Of a stretch of DNA of 64,000 bases, positions 54,242-61,900 are shown piece by piece; position 1 is the first letter of the stretch; each line of letters begins with the position of its first letter. Below the pieces are notes generated by a model. The model was not told where the DNA came from. It made no database searches and saw only the letters and a list, made by a program, of their open reading frames with translations. Source of the stretch: a virus (lineage: Duplodnaviria; Heunggongvirae; Uroviricota; Caudoviricetes; Demerecviridae); IMG/VR virus record IMGVR_UViG_3300044984_002785, one strand, 5' to 3'. The position numbers and the translations under genes were made by a program.

Positions 54242-54678
54242 TGGAAGAACTACAAGCGGCACTTAAACGTGCTTTTGCAACAACCTATGCATTTTTAGTT
54301 AAAGCTGAAAACTTTCATTGGAATGTAGTAGGTGCTAATTTTCAACAACATCACGAATTATTTGGTGATATTTATGATGAAGTAGACGACGAATTAGACG
54401 AGTTTGCTGAGCAACTTCGTGCATTTCGATGTTATGTACCCGCTAGTTTTACACAACTGCAGGAGCACTCAACTATTATGGATACACTAGAGTTATTACC
54501 GCCAATGGAAATGGTACGCACATTATACGTTGATAATGGAAAAATTCATATTGTATTACTAGACGCTTATGCACTAGCAGAGCGTGAAAGAGAACATGGA
54601 CTTAGTGCCTTTTTAAGTGAACGCATTGAAGAACATCGTAAACATGGTTGGAAATTATACTCAACCATGCAGCCATAA
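54226..54678 (+). CDS. Dps/ferritin-like protein
   Basis: FLVKAENFHWNVVGANFQQHHELFGDIYDEVDDELDEFAEQL matches the Dps HWNVxGxxF...H...D...E ferroxidase-site pattern. Confidence 0.5.
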   Translation: MEAAIMEELQAALKRAFATTYAFLVKAENFHWNVVGANFQQHHELFGDIYDEVDDELDEFAEQLRAFRCYVPASFTQLQEHSTIMDTLELLPPMEMVRTLYVDNGKIHIVLLDAYALAEREREHGLSAFLSERIEEHRKHGWKLYSTMQP

Positions 54679-54716
54679 AAAAAGCCCCACACTAGCAATA
54701 GTGTGGGGCTTTTTTC
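54677..54716. terminator. bidirectional rho-independent terminator between convergent genes
   Basis: A-run, GCCCCACACTA-gcaa-TAGTGTGGGGC, T-run. Confidence 0.75.
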
Positions 54717-55524
54717 AATTTCGATAAGCCATTATAATTTGTTTACACATTTTTGATCTCACAATGTCTTCGTCTAAGAATTCAATGACCTCAATACCGT
54801 CAATACCTTCTAATCGATCAACTGCATCTTCTAATCCGCTATTGGGAATATCTGACTGCTCAGTATCTCCAGAGAAAATCATTTTGCAGTTTTTACCAAT
54901 TCGTGATAAAAGCATTTTCATTTCTTCACGAGTACAGTTTTGAGCTTCATCAACTAGTACAATACAATCATCAAAAGTAGTGCCTCGTAAAAATCCTAGC
55001 GGAGTAGGGTCAATGTCTTTTGATTTTAAACAATAATCATAAAAACCTTTACCTAATGCTCGACTAAAAATAGCGTCAAAAGGCAGTAAGTATGGAGCAT
55101 ACTTTTCTTCTAGCGTACCTGGTAAAAATCCAAGTCCGCGACCTGTTTCAATATTGGGTCTGGTTAATATAACTTTATCTACACGTTTATGAAATAATTC
55201 ACTAGCAGCATAGCTGGCTGCAATAAAGGTTTTGCCTGTACCGGCACTCCCTATTCCGAATATAATATCATTGTGCTTGATAGCGTCTAAATACTCACCT
55301 TGTACGAAGTTTAGTGGTTGGACTTCTTTGAAAGTATAATTACGCTGAGGTTGGGGTTCGCTGTTTCCAGAATGTTTTTCTGTGCGCAGCCTAGATTTTT
55401 CGGCCTGTGACGGGCGATTATTAGACTTAGTTGCTGGAACTATGCGATGGGTTTTACCACTATTTCTTGCCATTGGCTTCCTTGTTGGTTTTGTAAAATC
55501 TCGGGCAACTGTTAATTTTACCAC
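54715..55524 (-). CDS. phoH: PhoH-like ATPase
   Basis: Walker A GIGSAGTGKTF, Walker B IVLVDEAQN, MIFSGDTEQSD. Confidence 0.65.
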   Translation of the reverse strand: MVKLTVARDFTKPTRKPMARNSGKTHRIVPATKSNNRPSQAEKSRLRTEKHSGNSEPQPQRNYTFKEVQPLNFVQGEYLDAIKHNDIIFGIGSAGTGKTFIAASYAASELFHKRVDKVILTRPNIETGRGLGFLPGTLEEKYAPYLLPFDAIFSRALGKGFYDYCLKSKDIDPTPLGFLRGTTFDDCIVLVDEAQNCTREEMKMLLSRIGKNCKMIFSGDTEQSDIPNSGLEDAVDRLEGIDGIEVIEFLDEDIVRSKMCKQIIMAYRN

Positions 55525-55551
55525 GAAATAAAATAACTGTCAATTGAAAAT

Positions 55552-55743
55552 TTATTTAGCCTTTTTTGTTGGAACAGGCGTTCCAACAAGCTTTTTATGT
55601 GTTTTTATTGTTTTACAAACCTGCTTGATCTTTTTAGTTTTAGCATCCGTTTGATTAACACATACACGACGTGTTTCTGCAGCAAAAACTGCGGAATTAT
55701 AACCAAAAGCTAACATTAGTATAATTATTATTAAAATTTTCAT
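55552..55743 (-). CDS. small secreted basic protein (63 aa)
   Basis: Internal ATG of ORF 55552-55968: MKILIIIILMLAFGYNSAVFA signal peptide; ATG overlaps the stop of the upstream holin-like gene. Confidence 0.4.
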   Translation of the reverse strand: MKILIIIILMLAFGYNSAVFAAETRRVCVNQTDAKTKKIKQVCKTIKTHKKLVGTPVPTKKAK

Positions 55744-56084
55744 TATAACTCCGGTTGTTGCGGTTGAGGAACTGGTTTGGTAATAGTTGGAGATATTGGT
55801 GCTGAAGGCGTAGATGCTACACCAGCTATTTTTTCTTGTCCACGACTCCAAGCAGCTACACCAAGCACAGCACCCATAGCCATATGAAACAGCCCAGCAC
55901 CTTGTAAGGTAATAGGCTGCCACTGTAGGGTAACAGAACCTTTGTCTAGTGCTTGTAATAAACTCCATAATACTGGAAATAACACAAAGTCACACGTACA
56001 CACAATCATGTACATTATTGCCATCATTGGGCGCCATTTTGAACTCATAAAATCTTGTTCTGAATTTAATTCGGTATTTTGCAT
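55743..56084 (-). CDS. holin-like membrane protein
   Basis: Two to three hydrophobic segments; adjacent to the lysis genes. Confidence 0.45.
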   Translation of the reverse strand: MQNTELNSEQDFMSSKWRPMMAIMYMIVCTCDFVLFPVLWSLLQALDKGSVTLQWQPITLQGAGLFHMAMGAVLGVAAWSRGQEKIAGVASTPSAPISPTITKPVPQPQQPEL

Positions 56085-56090
56085 AAAAGC

Positions 56091-56591
56091 CTATCTGCCA
56101 CAAGCATTTTTTATGTTGTTACAGTACTCTACCAATTCGATAGTGCCCCAAACAACACCTACGGCAGTTAATATAAGTAACCCAACTGCAAAGGTAGTTT
56201 CTACTGCTTCAGCTACTTTTTCTTTGTGTCTGATAGCAGCTTCTTTTTCTCGTCTGGTAGCATGGGCTGCATCAGCATCCATTGCCGCTGAACGTGCTTT
56301 GATCTTGTTCCAAACATCAATTTTACCTGTTGTCATAAACAATAATTGTAGATCGCGCTCAAATTTTGCTGCTTGGTCCAGTGCCATTTCGATCTCAATA
56401 GCTACGCCCATTGAAGATTTTTTACCAGTATTTTTTGCTTCTATCACAGCCTTAGTAGCTGTGCTTTTAGCGTCAAAATACTTGCCTAGTACCGGTCCCA
56501 AACTGGAAACGTCATCAACAGTTTTTGATACTTTTTTGATTAAAGCAACAGCGGCTTGTATGCCTGCGAGTGCCGTGATTGGGTCTATCAT
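56091..56591 (-). CDS. hypothetical protein (lysis-cassette associated)
   Basis: 166 aa; N-terminal amphipathic/hydrophobic region, coiled-coil middle. Confidence 0.45.
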   Translation of the reverse strand: MIDPITALAGIQAAVALIKKVSKTVDDVSSLGPVLGKYFDAKSTATKAVIEAKNTGKKSSMGVAIEIEMALDQAAKFERDLQLLFMTTGKIDVWNKIKARSAAMDADAAHATRREKEAAIRHKEKVAEAVETTFAVGLLILTAVGVVWGTIELVEYCNNIKNACGR

Positions 56592-56601
56592 ACTTATTCC
56601 T

Positions 56602-56826
56602 TTAGCTAGTTCTTCCTTCTGCCATACATATTTCTTTATGTAGTCTTTTTGAACAATCTTGTTTTTTCCAAGTTAAACAAACTACTTGTTTATTTAACAC
56701 ATCTTTGTTGTCCCATGCCCAACGAGTGCAAATCCATACTTCATATTTTTTTAATGAATCTGGTTTTTCAGCGCTAGTTGTAATAACAATACAGGATAAT
56801 ACTAAAGCAATAAATTTAATTATCAC
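56602..56826 (-). CDS. small secreted/lipoprotein-like protein with GTG start coupled to the endolysin stop
   Basis: GTGA overlap (GTG 56826-56824, endolysin TGA 56825-56823); signal peptide IIKFIALVLSC. Confidence 0.3.
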   Translation of the reverse strand: MIIKFIALVLSCIVITTSAEKPDSLKKYEVWICTRWAWDNKDVLNKQVVCLTWKKQDCSKRLHKEICMAEGRTS

Positions 56827-57491
56827 GCAGTTAAGACATTTAATGCGTGCTCGTAGTGCGCAATTCTGTCTTGTAGTCCGATAGTTCCACCATTTATCTT
56901 CTTTGTTAGTGTTAAAATATCTCCGGCATCTGCCCAAGTATTAAGATTGTTGGTTTCCCAGAACCAACAAGCACTTTGTACTGCACCTTCAAATGTTTCT
57001 AAGTATTCAGCGGCTGCCTCAACAGTAATTCCAAGCGATTCTGCAAACCAAGTATAGTTATCACGCCCTGTTAGTTGAATTAAACCCCGTCCACAAAAAC
57101 GGTATCCATCTCCGGTTTCAGGACCGCCATTACCCATACGATTAGAGTACACAACATTGGCAATCGCTTCTTGTTTGTTAGCTTGACTAGCATAGGCTTG
57201 GGCTATTTCATCTGTGGGAAAATACTTGGGAAATATTTTCCGTAGTGTAGCTGCTCTGTAGTTTAAATTTTCTTTGAGTACAGTAAAGTTAGCCGACTCG
57301 TGAGCACACTGAGCTATAAACGCTGCAATTCGTGCTGGAGTATTTATTTCATATTGTGGTAATAATTCCACTAATACTTTGTGCCACTGTTGCAAGTAAT
57401 TATTTTCTGGTAACAGGTGTGCTAATTCATCCAATGTCAATGTATGTGTCATTTTAAACTTTCGTGTATGACTTTTTGCTGATTGTACCAA
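56823..57491 (-). CDS. glycoside hydrolase family 19 (chitinase-like) endolysin
   Basis: FIAQCAHESANFTVLKENLNYRA and FCGRGLIQLTGRDNYTWF match GH19 catalytic blocks. Confidence 0.6.
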   Translation of the reverse strand: MVQSAKSHTRKFKMTHTLTLDELAHLLPENNYLQQWHKVLVELLPQYEINTPARIAAFIAQCAHESANFTVLKENLNYRAATLRKIFPKYFPTDEIAQAYASQANKQEAIANVVYSNRMGNGGPETGDGYRFCGRGLIQLTGRDNYTWFAESLGITVEAAAEYLETFEGAVQSACWFWETNNLNTWADAGDILTLTKKINGGTIGLQDRIAHYEHALNVLTA

Positions 57492-57709
57492 TCAATCCAA
57501 GCCTCTACTTTAGTGGCACATAAATAATATTCTGAGTAATTATGTGCAACGGTTTTTGCCACATCAGACAATTCAGGGGCTGGCTTTAATTTTTGCAATT
57601 TAGGGCAGGCAGATTGAATATGCTCTGGGGCACTTGGAAATTTTTGTGTAACAGGTACAGTTGTGGAGCATCCAGTTACTAGTAATAAACTTATCAATAG
57701 TATTTTCAT
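57449..57709 (-). CDS. outer-membrane lipoprotein, o-spanin candidate
   Basis: MKILLISLLLVTGC lipobox; short and Cys/Pro-containing; overlaps i-spanin stop and endolysin start. Confidence 0.5.
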   Translation of the reverse strand: MKILLISLLLVTGCSTTVPVTQKFPSAPEHIQSACPKLQKLKPAPELSDVAKTVAHNYSEYYLCATKVEAWIDWYNQQKVIHESLK

Positions 57710-58125
57710 TTTATAATTTCTGCGGCACTATCGTGTGCATTTATAAACTCAGAAGGTATCGTACAGCTATTATTAATTTTAATAACTTCTCTGTCAATAT
57801 ACTCAACAATGTTATCACCACGCTGTTTAATAATTTGAGTTTTAGTAACTACTTTTTCTTTTATTACTTCATTTACAATATTACTTTGTAAAGTTAGTTG
57901 CTGTACTTTAGTTTGTAACTCAGTAATTTTTTCTTGCCAAATACTTTCATTGTATTTAACTCCAAAAATAAAAATTATTGCTGCTACCAGTATACAACTA
58001 AAAGTTTTTAATATAATTGTAAGCGATGTTTTTGGAGCTAAATAAGTTAAGAAATAGCCGGATAAACCGGCTATTAATAATACCCAACTGAACCATTCTG
58101 GAATAAATCTTAAAATTGAAAACAT
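57706..58125 (-). CDS. i-spanin candidate (N-terminal TM + coiled coil)
   Basis: N-terminal TM SWVLLIAGLSGYFLTYLA then coiled-coil ITELQTKVQQLTLQSN; 4-nt overlap with the o-spanin candidate. Confidence 0.5.
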   Translation of the reverse strand: MFSILRFIPEWFSWVLLIAGLSGYFLTYLAPKTSLTIILKTFSCILVAAIIFIFGVKYNESIWQEKITELQTKVQQLTLQSNIVNEVIKEKVVTKTQIIKQRGDNIVEYIDREVIKINNSCTIPSEFINAHDSAAEIIK

Positions 58126-58155
58126 TATTTTTATTCCTTGAATAATTAATGTAAG

Positions 58156-58527
58156 TTAAGTTGCAGCAGCTGGTGCTGGGGGCACCGGTATTGCTGGTGC
58201 CCAAGGCAAGGACGGTTCTGCAACTGGCGTAATCTTATCTTGAATCTGTTTAGCGATTTGTGCATTAACGTGTTCTTCGTATCCACCAACTACTACAGCT
58301 TTAATCCATTGTAGTACTGTGGCTTCAGTAAGGTCTGCAAATGGTACAAAAGTACTATTTGCAGGCATGTTTGTCGATGTAAATGGAGTAGCTCCTGAAA
58401 ACGTACCCTCATTACCAGCCTCGTCGGTGCCAATCTTCTGCCAGTAAGTTTGCACGATAGCATTAGTATTAGTGCCCTCGTCTTTGACCTTAGCACCAGT
58501 TACTTTCCATGTGTATGTAATTGCCAT
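58156..58527 (-). CDS. small protein, paralogue pair member with Pro-rich LPWxPA..PPAP C-terminus
   Basis: FVPFADLTEATVLQWIK...LPWAPAIPVPPAPAAAT. Confidence 0.5.
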   Translation of the reverse strand: MAITYTWKVTGAKVKDEGTNTNAIVQTYWQKIGTDEAGNEGTFSGATPFTSTNMPANSTFVPFADLTEATVLQWIKAVVVGGYEEHVNAQIAKQIQDKITPVAEPSLPWAPAIPVPPAPAAAT

Positions 58528-58561
58528 TTTATTTTCTCCTAAAATATATGACTATGTTTAT

Positions 58562-58924
58562 TTAACCTGCAACTGGTGCAGGAGGTAGAGCATCTGGTGC
58601 CGGTTGCCACGGTAGTGGCGTAGTAACTAGCGTGGCAGCAGCAACTTGTTTATCTAACACATACTGAATGTGTGCTTTAATTGCAGACATTCTGTCTTCG
58701 TGTGTTTCAATCCATGTTGTAATGATCTCTGGTGTCAAACTAGCTAAAGGTATAAACCCTGCTTCTGTTGGATCTGGTACGATTGTGCTCTGGGGTAGCT
58801 CGAAGGTTTGTCCTTCTAGCTCCCCTTTTAGGGTCCAATCAATTTGTTTTACTGCGTCGGCAATTCCGTCAACAGTTGTTGTTTTGATACCATTGATAAC
58901 AATGGTAAACAATGCTTGTGGCAT
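58562..58924 (-). CDS. small protein, paralogue of 58156-58527
   Basis: FIPLASLTPEIITTWIE...LPWQPAPDALPPAPVAG; starts 3 nt after the tail-fibre stop. Confidence 0.5.
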   Translation of the reverse strand: MPQALFTIVINGIKTTTVDGIADAVKQIDWTLKGELEGQTFELPQSTIVPDPTEAGFIPLASLTPEIITTWIETHEDRMSAIKAHIQYVLDKQVAAATLVTTPLPWQPAPDALPPAPVAG

Positions 58925-58926
58925 AT

Positions 58927-61900
58927 TTATCCTTCTATTAATTGTGCTACCAAAATTTCAAGTTTGGTGATACGAGACTCTTGCGAATCAATTATTGTTT
59001 GTTGGTCTTTAATTGCTTCAATTAATAAACCAACCATGTTACCATACGCTACAGAATACATTGAATCTTCTGAGCCTTCAACCGCTTCAGGTAGAACCTT
59101 AAGAACATCCTGAGCAATTACACCGGTCTGACGCTTGCCATTCTCTTTACGAGTGTATGTAACACCGGTTATCTGCTTGACTTTATCGATGGCGTCGGTA
59201 ATTACTTCAATGTCTTCTTTCAATCTAATGTCAGAAGATGCAGTAATATTACCACCCGCTATAATAGATCCAGCGACCTTCAACGATGTTCCTGTTGTGT
59301 TTGGATCTAAGTAGTACGCAGTGTCGTTGCTATCATAGAATGCAGCTGCATGTAGATCGCCGGAACCTCCTCCGCCATACATTGCGAATTCTTTCCAGGT
59401 ACTAGTTGTTGCTGCCCACTTACCGCGTGCCCAATATCTGTTATCTGTAGCGTTACTCGCACCAACCATCTGCCAGCCGTATGCAGTACTGCCGTTGGCG
59501 GCTGCTGCGTGAAGACCAGATTGAATGCCCTGTGCGTGAATATACCCACTGCCTTGTGGATGATCTGTGCTACTTCCCCAGCAGTCAAATCCACCAAATC
59601 CAAATTTCCAGTAAGTACCCCAAGTACCATCTCCTGTACCCCAACCCACTGTGTTAGTCCAATACTCTTGATCAGTTGTATTAGAACTACGACCAGGTGC
59701 TCTGTAGTGTACACTGAAACGTTGTTGAGCAGCGAATGTAAGTTTGTTTATATTACTTTCACCGTAAGCATCCAGATAGTACGCAGTGTTGTCACTGTCA
59801 TAAAATAATGGTGAACGCAACGAACCAGAATACACAGAGCCGCCTTCGGCACCACCTTGGGCCATTAGCACTAGTGGATGATTAGAGTATGTTCCGACCT
59901 TACCAACACCTTGACCGGTGTGAGAATACATAGTAGTAATTATACCATCACTATTGCTTTTAACATCCAACCTAGCGTGTGTTGATCCAGTAAGGTTTAA
60001 TCGAGCATTCCAACCACCATCGTTAGTCGCATTAACATCACCAACTGACAAATGTCTTAACCAAGAAGTACTTGCAAAATCACCATAATACGTGGTGTCG
60101 TTGTTGTCGTAGAAGATAGGTGCTCTAAAGCTGTTGCCTGCGTATCCAATTTCTGCAACTCGTACATGGTTATCACCGTCGCCGATTGACATTAGTTCAG
60201 TTTCACCACCGCCACTATCAGAAGTGCCACTTGGTGAATTATTGTAGAATCTAGTGCCCCTGTAATTATAGTGAGCTCCGATACGTATACCGGTGTGCAT
60301 GCCAATAATCAAATCTGGATATGGATTCGTCCAAGCACCACCGGCCTGTCCCATTGAGTAGTGATTTGCACTAAATGTGTTATTAGAATTACCACCTTCA
60401 CCAATCCAGGATATTTTCTGCAATGTAATAGGTGTAGTAGTACTTGAACCACGACCCGTTACACTCGCCAGTGTATCTGTCAATGAAGTTATCGCGTAAC
60501 TTGAAACGTTACTAGAATCCACTACAGTGCGCCATGCTTGCCATGTACCGCTGTTCTTACCACGAATAGCTATTTGACCTGAACGGTAATCACCGGCAAT
60601 CTGATGTTGCCATGCGCTACTGTACGCTTGCGAGTACAAACCTCCGTCGGTTGCGTTTCCAGAAAAGTTGGTTACGCCGCTGCTATAGTAAGAGATGCCG
60701 TTGCTTTCGATCGTATCGGCATTGACGGCTGAGTTGCTACCTGTATTGCGGAAGCCTACGCCATCAATCTGATCTGCACTGGTAGCAGTTGCGGCGTTAC
60801 CAGTAATATTTATACCCCAAGTACCAGATGCGTCACCTCCTGTGCGAGTAGGGACGTTTAGTGATGCTCGGAAACCGGTTGCGTTGTTCTTGCGGATGTA
60901 GTCGTCAGTAGACGAGTAGAAAATCGTGTCGCCAGTTGCTCCTGATACTCCGTGCGACATGTTGAAATATGAAGAAAAACCGTACCGGCGGTAGTCGTCA
61001 CCATTAGCATCTCGTAATACGATTTGGTTACCATTTGCAGCTGTTGCTGCAGTAGTTGTTGCGCTGTTGGCTTGGCTGGTTATCGTTGCCGCGTTACCGG
61101 TAATATTTATACCCCAAGTACCGCTAGCTCCGCCACCAGTTAGTGTTGGAGCATAAGAGTTGTAGTTATCTGTGCGAAGTGCTTCATTGTATTTCGCAGG
61201 TCTATATGCCGTAACAGTAGCCTGTACCGTTCCTGTAAGCGTTGTTTGATTCGTTATCGTAAATCTATCTGCATAGTTTCCGTCAAATTGTGTATAGCCA
61301 TTTACAACATTAAGAATATCTAGACCAGTATAGTTGCCTGCAGGAACTGCGACCCAAAGATTAAAAGCGCTGTCATATCCAAATCTAACGTCAATACTCG
61401 TAGTTGTAGAGTCCATAAGACTAGCTGTAGGAGTATACCAGAAGTTGCTGCCATAATTATAACCACTTACGCGAATATCATAGCTCTCATAGCCTTGATA
61501 CATTCTGATTGTAAACGATATCATCCAGCTATCTGCAGGCACGATGTTTATCTTGTAGTATCCAGTATTTCCAGCAGTTGTACTGTAGTGCACTCTTTGT
61601 TGAAATGCACTAGAGGGTTTCGAGTTTAGAGCTAAAGCGTTAGTGGCAGTCGCGGCGTTAGTGGCAGTTGTAGCAGTTGATGCATTACCAATAAAATTAC
61701 CACTATTATCAATATACGATACATCACTACCATTTCGTCTAAACTGAACTATTCTATCTGATGAACTATCCGATACAATATACCATCTGTTTGAGTGATA
61801 CTGAATCTTGCCCTCTGCGCCTGGATCTCCCGTCCATGTAGAAGTAGCAGCACTACGTATATCAGCGCTAGTTATTGTTACACCACCACTTAGTGTTACG

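Noticed and set aside
56602-56937. Full-length ORF 56602-56937 from the track (ATG start inside the endolysin gene)
   Set aside because: Its 5' third overlaps the GH19 endolysin in another frame; only the portion downstream of the GTG at 56826 (GTGA-coupled) was kept as a candidate.
59307-59808. ORFs 59307-59714 (-) and 59509-59808 (+), and other short ORFs nested in 58927-63948
   Set aside because: Alternative-frame or antisense ORFs inside the 5-kb tail-fibre gene; the fibre frame is continuous and repeat-rich.
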